This document shows positions 8,728 through 19,491 of a stretch of 64,000 nucleotides of DNA, one piece after another. The translations under genes were made by a program, and so were the position numbers. Position 1 is the stretch's first letter. Each line of letters starts with the position of its first letter. Location of the stretch: assembly GCA_963832165.1 (NCBI GenBank), contig CAWHTE010000001.1, positions 800,001 through 864,000 of the forward strand, written 5' to 3'. The stretch comes from an uncultured delta proteobacterium (lineage in GTDB: Bacteria; Myxococcota_A; UBA9160; SMWR01). Below the pieces are notes generated by a model. The model did not search any database. It saw only the letters and a list, made by a program, of their open reading frames with translations, and was not told where the DNA came from.

Positions 8728-10435
8728 TCAGGATCGCGCGGCGGCGAGCGCGTCGCGGAGCTCGCGCTTCAGGATCTTGCCGGCGGCGTTGCGCGGCAGC
8801 GGCTCGCGCGCGAACTCGACCACGCGTCGGCACCTTGAACGCCGCGAGCCGCTCGCCGCACGTGCGCTGCAGCGCGTCGATCGTCGAGCGCCGTGCCCGG
8901 CTTCAGGTAGACGGCACGCGCGACCTCCTCGCCGAGCCGCTCGTGGGGCACGCCGAACACCGCCGCCTCGTACACGGCGGGGTGCTCGTAGATCGCCGCC
9001 TCGACCTCGGCGCAGTACACGTTCTCGCCGCGCGCGCAGCACCATGTCCTTGGCGCGGTCCTCGACGTAGACGAAGCCCTCGTCGTCGATGCGGCCGAGG
9101 TCGCCGCTGCGCAGCCAGCCGTCGACGATCGTCTCGGCGGTGGCGTCGGGCCGGTTCCAGTAGCCGCGGATCAGGTTCGGGCCCTTGAACCAGATCTCGC
9201 CCACGCTCGCCGGCCGGCAGCGGCGGTCCCGTCCGGGTCGCGGACCGCGATCTCGAGGATCGGGCACGGCGCGGCCCGGTGCTCGTCGGGCTGGCGCAGG
9301 TAGTCGTCGCCGGCGTTCTGCGGGCCGTAGGCGTTGGTCTCGGTCATGCCGTAGCCGATGCCGGGCGCGCCGTTGCGGAAGCTCGACGTCGACGCGGCGG
9401 ACGAGCTCGGGCGGCGCCGGCGCGCCGCCGCCGCCGACCGACTGCGAGGCTCGACGTGTCGCGCTCGCGCGAAGTCGGGCGACTCGAGCAGGTCCCAGGA
9501 CTGCGTCGGCACGCCGACGAAGTTGGTGACCCGCTCGCGCTCGATCAGCTCGAGCGCGCGCTCCGGCGTCCCACTTGTACATGATCACGAGCTTCAGCCC
9601 GCCGCGAAGCACGAGAGCATCACCGGCACGCAGCCGGTGACGTGGAACAGCGGCACGATGAGGATGAAGCTCGTGCGGGTAGCGCTTCGGCGGCTCGGCG
9701 TCTCCGGCTGGCGCAGCGCCGCGCGACGGCGGCCTGGCAGCCGAAGCCCATGAGCGCCTGCGAGCACCGCGCGGTGCGTCGACACCGCGCCCTTCGGCCG
9801 GCCCGTGGTGCCCGACGTGTAGAGGATCGTGGCGTCGTCGTCGCGGATCGATCGCGACGTCGGGCATCGGCGCGCCCAGCGCGACGACGTCCTCGCAGCG
9901 CTCGACGCCCGCGGGCAGCGCGGCGCCGCCGCTGCGCACCGCGATCGCGCGGATGCCGAGCTGCCGCGAGCGTCGCCGCGGCGCGCTCGACCCGCTCGCG
10001 GTCGGCGATCAGCACCGCGGCTGCCCGAGTCCTCGAGCGCGAAGTCGAGCTCGTCGGCCGTCCACCACGCGTTGAGCGACACGGCGACTCGCGCCGATCG
10101 AGGTGATCGCGGCGAACGCGACGACCCACTCCGGGTAGTTGCGCATGGCGATCGCGACGCGGTCGCCCGGCGCGACGCCGTAGCGGTTCGACGAGCGCGC
10201 GCGCCGAGCGCGTCGACGTGGCGCATCGTCTCGGCGAAGCTCCAGCGCTCGTCCTCGTAGACGAGGAAGGTCTGCGTCGCCGCGTGCGCGCGCCGCAGTC
10301 GAAGAGCGAGCGCAGCGAGGGCGGCGTGTTCTTGAACACCCGCAGCCGCTCGCCGCGGATCAGGGCCTCGCCGATTTCGAACGGCGAGCCCGGCCCGGTG
10401 ATCTGGGCGATCGCTTCTTCGTAGCTGATTCCCAT
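8728..10435 (-). pseudogene. Long-chain fatty-acid--CoA ligase (class I adenylate-forming) broken by many indels, probably sequencing errors
   Basis: Motifs are spread over all three frames: [62 protein letters not shown]. Confidence 0.8.
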
Positions 10436-10518
10436 GCGCGCCTCCTCGAGGCGCATTCTAGAACGGGGGCGGCGCGTCGGGCGTGGGGGACCCGACGCGC
10501 CGCCAGGCAGGCGCGCGG

Positions 10519-11245
10519 CTACGGGGGGGTAGCCGCGTCGCCGCGCGAGCGCCGCGAGCAATGCGACTCCTGCGAGCAGCCCGGCCGAGCCGGGCTCGGG
10601 CAGCGCGTTGACACCCGAGCAGGCGTCGCCGTCGCCGTCGCGATCGGCATCGATCCAGTACTGATTCGGATTCACGGGGCAGGCGCCGACGACGAGGTTC
10701 ATCGCCGAGTCGTCGATTGCCGGGTCGAGCACCGTCTCCGCGTCGAAGTACGCGCCCGTGAAGTCGGCCTGCTCGCCGTTGACCAGGTTCGAGAGGTCCG
10801 CACCGAGCAGATGGGCGCCCCGGAGATCAGCGTCCTCGACGTCAGCGCCAACGAGCACCGCGTCCACGAGGATGGCGTGGGCGAAGGTCGCGGCCTCCGC
10901 GTCAGCACCACTCAGATCGGCGCGGGTGAGATCGGAGCTCGTGAAGTTGGCTTCCTCGAGCTCGCTCGCGACGAGCACCAGGTCGACGAGGGTCGCGTCG
11001 ATGAGCAGAGCGTTGCGCAGGTTGGTGGCGCCGAAATCGCTTCCCGTGAGATCGGCCTCGGTGAGGTCGATGTGGTGCAGGTCCTCGCCGTGGTGGTCTT
11101 CGTGGGAGTGGTTCTCTCCTAAGTGAGACCCATACGCTGCGAGGGGGGCGGCTGCCGCGGAAGTCGAGACGGCGAGCGCGAGGGGTGCGAGGAGCACGAG
11201 GGCGGCGAACGGGCTGCGCCCGGGCCGCGGGGCGAACGGAGACAT
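10519..11245 (-). CDS. Secreted pentapeptide-repeat protein with PEP-CTERM sorting signal; stop codon offset by one extra base in a G7 run
   Basis: Signal peptide, A(D/N)Lxx repeats, DADRDGDGDAC Ca-binding-like motif, and LPEPGSAGLLAGVALLAALARRR. Removing one G from 10523-10529 gives TAG at 10519-10521. Confidence 0.75.
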
Positions 11246-11456
11246 GGCATTTACCTTTCCGGTCCGCAGGGCGGGGCTGGGCGGCTTTCGCTCATCCCCG
11301 GGGCGGTCACACGAGAGGTTCAGTTGTGCCTTGCCTATCGGTCGGCAGATCGGGGGCTTTAGGCCCCATTTTCTGAATGCCGCTCACGCGCGTGCAACTT
11401 CGCGCGCAGTCCGGCGCGTTCGCCTACGATCGACGCCCCGCAGCCGAGCCCCACCG

Positions 11457-12698
11457 TTGGCGAACTCCCACTCTTCTACGGCCGAGACCCGCGAACGCCC
11501 TCTCGCCGGCGTGCGGATCCTCGCGGTCGAGCAGATGCAGGCGATGCCGTTCGCTACCCAGCTCCTCGCTCACATGGGAGCCGAGGTGGTGAAGGTGGAG
11601 CACCCCGTTGACGGCGAGTCGGGGCGCGGCGCGCAGCCGAGCCTGCGCGACGACGATGGGCGAGAGGTGGGCGCCACCTATCTGCGGAACAACCTCGGCA
11701 AGAAGAGCATCGGCATCGACCTCAAGCATCCGCGCGGGGTCGAGCTCGTGCGCCGCCTGGTTCCCCACTACGACGTCGTCGCGGAGAACTTCAAGCCGGG
11801 CACGATGGAGCGACTCGGGCTCGGCTACGACACGCTCGCAGCCGACCACCCCGCGCTCGTCTACGTCTCGGTGTCGGGCTTCGGGGGCCTCTTGCCGACG
11901 CCGTACGGCGCGTGGCCCGCCTACGCCGTCGTCGCCGAGGCGATGGGCGGCTTCTACTCGTTCCGGCCCGAGCCCGGTCGCCTGCCCAATATCGGCGTGG
12001 CGGGCGCGCTCGGCGACATCGGCAGCGCGCTGTTCGCGGCGATCGGCACGCTCGCGGCGCTCGAGGGCCGCCGCCGCACCGGGCGCGGGCAGCGCGTGGA
12101 CGTGGCGATGTTCGACGCGATGCTCCCGATCATGGACATGGTCCTGTTCAATCCGTCGATCGGGATCCTCGACAACAGCCTCGCGGCCTGGCCGGGCATC
12201 TGCACCTCGTTCGCGGCTTCGGACGGCCTGTTCGTGGTGCAGGTCGGACGCGAACACCAGTTCGAGCGCTTCGCCGCCGCGGTCGGACACCCGGAATGGC
12301 TCTCCGATCCGCGCTTCGCGACGCGCGAGGGCTGGAGCGAGCACCTCGACGGCGTAGTTCGCCCCGCCGTGGAGAAATGGGCGCGCGAGCGCACGAAGCT
12401 CGAGGCGTCGCGCGTGCTCGCCGAGCAGGGGATCGTCGCGGGTCCCAGCTACGACGCCGACGATCTACGCCGCGATCCGCACGTGCGCGCGCACGCGATG
12501 GTGCGCGAGGTCGCGCGCCCCGACGGCGGATCGCCGCTGCACGTGGCGGGCAACCCGATCAAGCTGTCGGGCAGCGACGAGCCGCTGGGCCAGCGCTGGC
12601 CGCGGCTGGGCGAGCACACCGACGAGATCCTCACGCGCGACCTCGCGCTCGGCGCCGCGGACCGCGCCGCGCTGCGCGAGGCCGGCGTGATCGCCTGA
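11457..12698 (+). CDS. CaiB/BaiF (family III) CoA-transferase
   Basis: PLAGVRIL, GAEVVKVEHP, NLGKKSIGIDLK, ENFKPG and PRLGEHT motifs. TTG start is approximate. Confidence 0.9.
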   Translation: MANSHSSTAETRERPLAGVRILAVEQMQAMPFATQLLAHMGAEVVKVEHPVDGESGRGAQPSLRDDDGREVGATYLRNNLGKKSIGIDLKHPRGVELVRRLVPHYDVVAENFKPGTMERLGLGYDTLAADHPALVYVSVSGFGGLLPTPYGAWPAYAVVAEAMGGFYSFRPEPGRLPNIGVAGALGDIGSALFAAIGTLAALEGRRRTGRGQRVDVAMFDAMLPIMDMVLFNPSIGILDNSLAAWPGICTSFAASDGLFVVQVGREHQFERFAAAVGHPEWLSDPRFATREGWSEHLDGVVRPAVEKWARERTKLEASRVLAEQGIVAGPSYDADDLRRDPHVRAHAMVREVARPDGGSPLHVAGNPIKLSGSDEPLGQRWPRLGEHTDEILTRDLALGAADRAALREAGVIA

Positions 12699-12732
12699 GA
12701 ACCCCGAGCGCCCCGAAGAACAGGAGCCCGCG

Positions 12733-13533
12733 ATGCCCGATGCGATCGTCGAGCGCGACCGACACACGATGGTGATCACGATGAATCGCCCTAAGCGCTA
12801 CAACGCGCTGTCCGGCGCGATGCTCGTGCGCATGTACGATGCCTACGAGGAGGCCTCGAAGAGCGACGACGTGCGCTGCATCATCGTCACGGGTGCGGGC
12901 GGAAACTTCTGCTCGGGTGCCGATCTCAAGGCGATGTCCGGCGACGGCGGCAACGAGGATCCCGAGATCGACGTGCAGGCGCGGCTCAAGGACGATCCCG
13001 ACCTCGTCTACAAGGCCCTGTTCCGCCACTACCGCCCGACGAAGCCGATCATCGCGGCCGTCGAGGGCGTGGCGATCGCGGGCGGCACCGAGATCCTGCA
13101 GGCGATGGAGATCCGCGTCGCGGGCGAGAGCGCGCGCTTCGGGGTGTCCGAGGCGCGCTGGTCGCTCTATCCGATGGGCGGCTCGGCGGTGCGCCTGCCG
13201 CGCCAGATCCCCTACACGCAGGCGGCGGAGATCCTGCTCACGGGCAAGCACATCCACGCGCCCGAGGCGAAGGCGATCGGCCTGATCGGACACGTGGTGC
13301 CCGACGGCCAGGCACTCGTGAAGGCACGCGAGATCGCCGACGTGATCTGCGCGAACGGCCCGCTCGCGGTCGAGGCGATCACGCGCACGCTGCACGAATG
13401 CGACGGCATGGAGCTCGACCAGGCACTGCGCCACGAATGGGGCTACGGCCAGGCCGTGTTCGCGAGCGAGGACTCGAAAGAGGGGCCGCTCGCATTCGCG
13501 CAGAAACGCACACCGCAGTTCAAGAGGCGTTAG
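12733..13533 (+). CDS. Crotonase/enoyl-CoA hydratase, EchA19-like
   Basis: AVEGVAIAGGTEILQ, FGVSEARWSLYPMGGSAVRLPRQIPYT and GLIGHVVPDGQAL closely match mycobacterial EchA19 as I recall it. Confidence 0.85.
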   Translation: MPDAIVERDRHTMVITMNRPKRYNALSGAMLVRMYDAYEEASKSDDVRCIIVTGAGGNFCSGADLKAMSGDGGNEDPEIDVQARLKDDPDLVYKALFRHYRPTKPIIAAVEGVAIAGGTEILQAMEIRVAGESARFGVSEARWSLYPMGGSAVRLPRQIPYTQAAEILLTGKHIHAPEAKAIGLIGHVVPDGQALVKAREIADVICANGPLAVEAITRTLHECDGMELDQALRHEWGYGQAVFASEDSKEGPLAFAQKRTPQFKRR

Positions 13534-13537
13534 CTCG

Positions 13538-14515
13538 ATGCGCGCGTGGCAGGTGACTGGCGCGGGCGAGCCGCGCGCGGCGCTCGCGCTCGCGGAAGTC
13601 GAGCTGGGCCCGCCGCCGCCCGGGATGTTGCGCGTGCGCGTCGAGGCGTGCGCGCTCGGTCTCCCCGACCTCTTCATGTGTCGCGGCAGCTACGCGCTCA
13701 CACCGAAGACGCCGTTCACGCCGGGTCAGGAGCTCGCGGGAGTGGTGCTCGAGGCGGGGCCGGGTGCGCAGGCGCAGGTCGGTGCGCGCGTGATGGCGGT
13801 CTCGGCGTTCTTCCTCGGGCATGGTGGCTTCGCCGAGGAGGCGTGGGTGCTCGACGAGTTCTGCTTTCCCGTGCCCGACGACATGGCCGTCGACGAGGCC
13901 GCTGCGTTCCTGATCCCCTACCACACGGCGTGGGTGGGCCTCGTGCGGCGCGGCGCGCTGCGCGCGGGCGAGACGCTGCTCGTGCTCGGCGGTGCGGGGG
14001 GCACGGGCTCGGCGGCGATCCAGCTCGGCCATGCGATCGGTGCGCGCGTGCTCGCGACCGCTCGCGGCGGCGAGCGTCAGGCATTCTGCCGCGCGCTCGG
14101 CGCCGAGTTCGCGTTCGATCCCGGCGAGGGCCTCGCCGAGGCGGTGCGCGAGGCCACGGCGGGGCAGGGCGCCCACGTCGTGTACGACACGGTCGGCGGC
14201 GACGCGTTCGAGGCGGCCACGCGCTGCATTGCGCACGAGGGACGCCTGCTCTTGATCGGCTTTGCGAGCGGGCGCTGGGGTCGACCCGATCCCGCGCAGA
14301 TCGTGACGCGCAACTACTCGATCGTCGGCGTGATCCCGAGCGGCTACGGGCGCGAGGTCAAGTGCGCCGCGCAGGCCGAGCTGCTCGCGCATCGCGCGCG
14401 CGGTGCGCTGCGCGTCCCGCTCGATCCGCCCGTGCCGTTCGAAAAGCTTCCGGACGCGCTCGAGCGGCTCGCGCGGCGCGAGGTGCTCGGCAAGCTCGTG
14501 CTGAGGGTCCGCTGA
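13538..14515 (+). CDS. NADPH:quinone oxidoreductase (MDR family)
   Basis: PFTPGQELAG, LVLGGAGGTG, YDTVGG and GKLVL motifs. Confidence 0.85.
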   Translation: MRAWQVTGAGEPRAALALAEVELGPPPPGMLRVRVEACALGLPDLFMCRGSYALTPKTPFTPGQELAGVVLEAGPGAQAQVGARVMAVSAFFLGHGGFAEEAWVLDEFCFPVPDDMAVDEAAAFLIPYHTAWVGLVRRGALRAGETLLVLGGAGGTGSAAIQLGHAIGARVLATARGGERQAFCRALGAEFAFDPGEGLAEAVREATAGQGAHVVYDTVGGDAFEAATRCIAHEGRLLLIGFASGRWGRPDPAQIVTRNYSIVGVIPSGYGREVKCAAQAELLAHRARGALRVPLDPPVPFEKLPDALERLARREVLGKLVLRVR

Positions 14516-15691
14516 TGGCGGAGGCGTCGCTCGAGCTCGCGGCGGTGCTCGCAGAGGCCGAGCGGCGCACGGGGCTGCACGACTTCGGCGATCCGGCGTT
14601 CCGGGATCCGCTCGAGCGGCTGCTGCGTTCGCTGCGCGAGGAAGCGCGCCTGAACGCGGTCGGCCGCGCGATGCAGTTCGAGCGCAACGTCGGGCTGCTC
14701 GTGAATCGGCTGCGCACCGAGGACCACTACCGGCGCCATCCCGAGATCGCGCAGGAGCGCATCGAGCGGCCGCTCGTGATCGTGGGGCTCGCGCGCACGG
14801 GCACCACGATGCTGCACCGGATGATGGCGAGCGATCCGCGCTGGCTCGCGCTGCTCTGGTACGAATCGCGCAATCCGGCGCCGTTCCCGGGCGGCGAAGA
14901 CGCCGCAGTCGATCCGCGCATCACCGACGCCGAGGCCGAGGTGGCCGCGATGCTCGAGGGATCTCCGGATCTCATTGCCGTGCACCCGATGGACGCGCAC
15001 GCGCCCGACGAGGAGATCATGCTCGTCGAGCACGCGTTCACGAGCTGGAATCCCGAGGCGTTCTGCCGCGTGCCGAGCTATCGCGCAGTACTCGAGGCGA
15101 TCGGATCTCGGCGCCGGGCTATCGCTACCTCGTGCGGCTCCTGCAGTTTCCTGCAGTGGCAGAAGCGCCGGCGCGGCGAGACCGCGGCGCGCTGGGTGTT
15201 CAAGGCGCCGTATCACCTCGGCTCGCTCGACGCGCTGTTCGCGGTGCTGCCCGACGCGCGAGTCGTCGATGACGCACCGCGATCCGGTCCAGACCGTGCC
15301 CTCGTTCGCGAGCATGATCCGCGCGCTCTACGTGCTCGGCAGCGACTCGGTCGATCCCCTCGAGATCGCCGCGCATTGGGGCCGGAAGTGGGCGCGTGCG
15401 CTCGAGCGCGCAATCGCCGCGCGCGCCTCGCGCGAGGACCGCTTCCTCGACATCCATTACGGGGATCTCGTCGCTGACCCGATGGCGCAGGTGCGCCGCA
15501 TCTACGCGCACGCGGACCTCGAGCTCACTCCCGAAGCGGAGGCGCAGATGCGCCGGTGGGCGGTCGAGAACGAGCGCGACCGCCGCCCCGTGCACGCGTA
15601 CACGCTCGAGGAGTTCGGTTACACCGAAGGCGCGCTGCGCGACTCGTTCCGCGCCTATTGCGAGCGCTTCCTCGGCGGTCGGCTCACCTAG
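14515..15691 (+). CDS. Sulfotransferase family protein (frameshifted near 15100-15150 and ~15265)
   Basis: 5'PSB motif IVGLARTGTTMLH, WVFKAPYH, and MTHRDPVQTVPS continuing in another frame. Confidence 0.8.
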
Positions 15692-16695
15692 CGCAGGATC
15701 AGATCCGCGACGGTGCGCGCCGTGAGGGCGTGCCCCTCGACGTTCGGGTGCCCGCGGTCGCGCACGACGTAGAGATCGCGGCCCGTCGCGTCGAAGTCCG
15801 CCGTGAACAGATCGTAGATCGAGAGCGTTTCGACGCCTTCCGAACGCAGCACGGCTTCGATGTGCGCCACGACTTCGCTGCGCGTGTGCTGCACGATCGC
15901 ACTCTGGCCCACGTACACGATCACGATCAGCCGAGCGCCGAGCTCGTGTGCGACGCGGCGGATCTCGCGCACGACGGGAAGGTTGCGTTCGAGCGACGCG
16001 AGCGGCGGATCGACCAGCAGCCTCTGCTCGGACAGCCGCGCGCGCGCGCGCCGGATCTTCGCGAGCACGCTCACGAGCCGAACGAGGTAGCTCCGGTCCC
16101 AGAAGTCGTCCGCAGCCAGGCGCTCTCGCAGGAGCTCCACGTCGCGCTCGCGCTCGACGAGGTAGCCGTGCATCACGCGCGTGGTCGGAGCGGGCTCTCC
16201 GAGATCGTTCTCGAGCCATCCGAGCGTGACCACGGTCGGACGCAGCGCCGGACCGAACCGCCGGAGCGTGCTGAGCTCCTGCGCCGTGTTGTAGCCGAAC
16301 ACGCCCGCATTCCAGACCACCGCGGCGTGGCCGTGCTGACCGAGCTCGCGCTCGAGCTGGACCGGAAACGTTTCGGCATCGGCGACGCCGTGGCCGAACG
16401 TGTTCGAGTCTCCGAGCGCGAGCACGCGCAGCGGCGGCCCCGCGCCCGCGGCCACCTCCGCGCCGCGAAAGCCGAGCGAGTTGGTCGCCACGGCGTGGTC
16501 TTCGAAGAAGGAGTGGTACACGCCGCGATAGTTCGGAGAGTTCGACCAGACGCGCTCCGTGTCTTCGGCGTAGATCCCGGGCTCGAAGTCGCGATAGGTA
16601 TTGAGCACGGGATGGCGCCAGCGCACGACGAGCTCGCCGAGCGCGAGGCTCAGCAGCAGCGACGCGCCGACGAGCAGGGCTAGAGCTGCGCGAAT
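15688..16695 (-). CDS. Membrane-anchored SGNH/GDSL hydrolase; start codon uncertain
   Basis: N-terminal TM, TNSLGFRG, LALGDSNTFG, NAGVFGY, END and GHPN motifs. No ATG/GTG/TTG in frame near the N-terminus. Confidence 0.75.
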   Translation of the reverse strand: MRAALALLVGASLLLSLALGELVVRWRHPVLNTYRDFEPGIYAEDTERVWSNSPNYRGVYHSFFEDHAVATNSLGFRGAEVAAGAGPPLRVLALGDSNTFGHGVADAETFPVQLERELGQHGHAAVVWNAGVFGYNTAQELSTLRRFGPALRPTVVTLGWLENDLGEPAPTTRVMHGYLVERERDVELLRERLAADDFWDRSYLVRLVSVLAKIRRARARLSEQRLLVDPPLASLERNLPVVREIRRVAHELGARLIVIVYVGQSAIVQHTRSEVVAHIEAVLRSEGVETLSIYDLFTADFDATGRDLYVVRDRGHPNVEGHALTARTVADLILR

Positions 16696-17777
16696 TTCAC
16701 CACCCGCGTCGCGATCGGCGGATGCTCGTCCGCTCCGATCCAGCGGAACAGCATGCCGCCACAGCTGTGGCCCGCGGTCTCGAGCCAGTTCGAGAAGCGC
16801 GGGCCGGGATCGCGGTGCGCCACGACGATCCGCAGCGACGCGTCGGGCTCGAGCCGGGCCGTGTGGGGGTTCAGATGGATGCGATGACGGCGGTAGTCGA
16901 GCGACTCCATCCAGAAGTTGCTGAGCTGAAAGTTCCACGATCCGCTCCGCGGCAGGTGATCGATCTCGATCACGAGCGCTTCGTCGCGGCCGAGCTCCCA
17001 GCGGCTCTGGCAGTAGTGGATGTTGGCGTCGCCTCCCGCGCGCTGGCAGCGCTCCTGGTCGTCGGACGGAAGCGCGTTCGGATGCGCGGCATAGCGCGCC
17101 ATCCAGTCGACGAACAGGTTCGCCGTACCCGACACGAACGCGATGGCGCGCTGGAGGCGCTGCTCGAGGACCTCCGGGTCGAGCGCGTCGTTCTCCGCGG
17201 GTCCGACCCTCTCGATCGAGAGCTGTGCGGGGCGCTGCGCCGAGCGGTCGCTGAACGTCTCGCGCACGATCAGCTGCGTGGTGTTCGGCTGCATCGGCAA
17301 CCAATTGCCCTTCTCGGGCTCGCTGCTCGCGGTGATCTCGAAGCCGCCGTCGGGTCCGAGGTCGAGGTCGTCGCCGTCGAGCTGTCCGGTCGGCAGCATC
17401 GTGCCGTCGCTCTCGTAGCCGCCGCCTTTGGTGCCGAACGAGAGGTACGGCGCGTCTCCGCGCGTGCCGCGGATCCGGTAGCGGTAGCGCCCGGAGATGT
17501 TTGCGTTGCGGTAGACGTTGTCCGGGTTGTCGTTGCCGATCTTGACCGTCTCGTGCGAGAGCTGGAAGAAGCCCGGGAAGCGCGGGTCGGCAAACTCGAG
17601 CTGGCCCTCGAGGCCCGCGCGCAGGAGGCGCGTGAGGTAGCGGTAGCCCTCCGCGCGGTCGAACGCCGTGGTCGGCGTCTCCGCGCGCAGCACGACCTCA
17701 CCCGCGCGCTGGAGCGCGCGGCAGAAATCGCGCCAGACGCTGCCGTCGGCGAGGCGTCGCTCGGATTCCGTCGTCAT
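16680..17777 (-). CDS. DUF1214-domain protein (type often found beside sulfotransferases)
   Basis: RAEGYRYLTRLL, GNDNPDNVY, WNFQLSNFWMESLDY and NWLETAGH..G.M..RW motifs. Confidence 0.75.
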   Translation of the reverse strand: MTTESERRLADGSVWRDFCRALQRAGEVVLRAETPTTAFDRAEGYRYLTRLLRAGLEGQLEFADPRFPGFFQLSHETVKIGNDNPDNVYRNANISGRYRYRIRGTRGDAPYLSFGTKGGGYESDGTMLPTGQLDGDDLDLGPDGGFEITASSEPEKGNWLPMQPNTTQLIVRETFSDRSAQRPAQLSIERVGPAENDALDPEVLEQRLQRAIAFVSGTANLFVDWMARYAAHPNALPSDDQERCQRAGGDANIHYCQSRWELGRDEALVIEIDHLPRSGSWNFQLSNFWMESLDYRRHRIHLNPHTARLEPDASLRIVVAHRDPGPRFSNWLETAGHSCGGMLFRWIGADEHPPIATRVVKFAQL

Positions 17778-17788
17778 GGCCCCCCTCC

Positions 17789-18280
17789 TCAGTCCGCCTG
17801 GCCGAGCTTCGCGCTGAGCTGCTCGATCCGATCGCGGAGGTGGGGCAGGCGCGGGTAGATGTGCAGCAGGCGCTCGAGCGCCTCGAGCGCTTCGAACGGC
17901 CGTCCCTGCGCCTCGCGGATCATCGCGAGGCCCGAGAGCGCGCCGAAGTGGCGCGGCTCGAGTGCGAGCGTGCGGTCGATGTCGGCCACCGATCGTTCGA
18001 GTGCGCCGTGCAGCCAGTGCAGCGTGGCGCGCTTGTTCCAGCCCTCGGCGAAGCCGGGCGCGAGCTCGACCACGCGGTCGAACGCCAGCAGCGCCGCCGT
18101 GAAATCGCGCGCCGCCATCGCCGCGAGCCCGCGCTGCAGCCACGGCGCCGCGGCTTCGTCGTCGGTCGCGAGCCATGCGGACCAGATCTCTCGCTCGATC
18201 TCGCCCGCCTCGTGCGCCGACGCAGCCGTGGCGAGCCGCGCGAACAGCCCGCCGAGCCGCTGCTGGCGCGGTTCCATCAC
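17789..18280 (-). CDS. Tetratricopeptide repeat protein
   Basis: PGFAEGWNKRAT and LEPRHFGALSGL TPR patterns. Confidence 0.8.
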   Translation of the reverse strand: MMEPRQQRLGGLFARLATAASAHEAGEIEREIWSAWLATDDEAAAPWLQRGLAAMAARDFTAALLAFDRVVELAPGFAEGWNKRATLHWLHGALERSVADIDRTLALEPRHFGALSGLAMIREAQGRPFEALEALERLLHIYPRLPHLRDRIEQLSAKLGQAD

Positions 18281-18283
18281 GGC

Positions 18284-19450
18284 TCACGCCGGATGCGGCG
18301 TGAAACGCACGGGCACCTGCTTGTGCGCGCGCGCCCAGATCGACGTCTTCCAGCCCGGATCGCCCGTGAGCTCGTACTCGGGCACGCGCGCGAGCAGCTC
18401 CTCGAACGCCACGCGCGCTTCGAGCCGCGCGAGCCGCGCGCCTAGACAGAAGTGGGTGCCGTGACCGAAGCCGAGGTGGCGCGGCGCGGATCGCGTGACG
18501 TCGAACGCCTCGGCGTTCGGGAACTCGCGCTCGTCGCGGTTCGCGGCGGCCCACACGAGGCGAACCATCGCACCCTTGGGAATCGTGCGTCCGTGCAGCG
18601 CCACGTCGGCGAGCATGCGCCGCGGCAGCGCCTGGGCGGGCGCCTCGCAGCGCACCATCTCCTCGATCGCGTTGGGAATCGCGGCTGGATCGCGCGCGAG
18701 CAGCGCGCGCTGCTCGGGGTGCTCCGCGAGCAGCACGGCACCATTCGCGATCAGGTTGGTGGTCGTGTCGTTGCCTGCGACGATCAGCGTGAAGCAGAAG
18801 CCGAGCAGCTCCTGCTCGGACAGATGCTCGCCATCGATCTCGGCGTCGATCAGCGCACTCATGAGGTCTTCGCGGCGCGCGACGCGCCGGTCGGCGAGCA
18901 GCTTCGAGAACTCGGCGTAGATGTTGGTCGCGGGCTGGATGACCTCGTGCGCCTTGCCGACCTCGGTCTCGACCAGCGCCTCGGTCCAGTCGAGGAACGC
19001 CTCGCGGCGGTCCTCGGGCACGCCGATCATGTCGCCGATCACGAGGCTCGGCAGATGGCGCGAGAACTCGGCCATCAGGTCGGCCTCGCCGCGCGACGCG
19101 AAGCGATCGATCAGGCTTCTGGCGATCGCGCGGATGCGCGGCTCCATCGCGTCGGCGCGGCGGCCCGTGAACGCGCGCGAGACGAGATTGCGCAGCGCGT
19201 CGTGGCGCGGCGGATCGAGCGATTGAATGTGCGGCAACAGCCCCACGGAGATGTCGGTGTTCTCGGACGAGAGGCGGGCGGTATCGGCTGCGGCGTCGCG
19301 CACGTCGGCATAGCGCGAGAGCGCCCAGATGCCCGTTGCCGGGTTCTCGTAGACGGGGTGCTCGTCGCGCAGCACGCGGTAGATCTCGTGAGCGTTGGCC
19401 TGGAAGTCGGGACGCGCGGGGTCGTAGACGAAGACCTGGCTCGGGGGCAT
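18284..19450 (-). CDS. Cytochrome P450
   Basis: I-helix AGNDTT, EMVR (ExxR), heme motif FGHGTHFCLG. Confidence 0.95.
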   Translation of the reverse strand: MPPSQVFVYDPARPDFQANAHEIYRVLRDEHPVYENPATGIWALSRYADVRDAAADTARLSSENTDISVGLLPHIQSLDPPRHDALRNLVSRAFTGRRADAMEPRIRAIARSLIDRFASRGEADLMAEFSRHLPSLVIGDMIGVPEDRREAFLDWTEALVETEVGKAHEVIQPATNIYAEFSKLLADRRVARREDLMSALIDAEIDGEHLSEQELLGFCFTLIVAGNDTTTNLIANGAVLLAEHPEQRALLARDPAAIPNAIEEMVRCEAPAQALPRRMLADVALHGRTIPKGAMVRLVWAAANRDEREFPNAEAFDVTRSAPRHLGFGHGTHFCLGARLARLEARVAFEELLARVPEYELTGDPGWKTSIWARAHKQVPVRFTPHPA

Positions 19451-19491
19451 GGAGCGCCAGTATATACTCGCGATCCGAGGAGGAACCTCCC

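Noticed and set aside
9620..11245. Apparent 541-aa fusion of the pentapeptide/PEP-CTERM protein with an acyl-CoA ligase N-terminus
   Set aside because: Explained by one extra G removing the stop after the PEP-CTERM tail. The ligase has its own RBS (gaggagg) and ATG at 10435.
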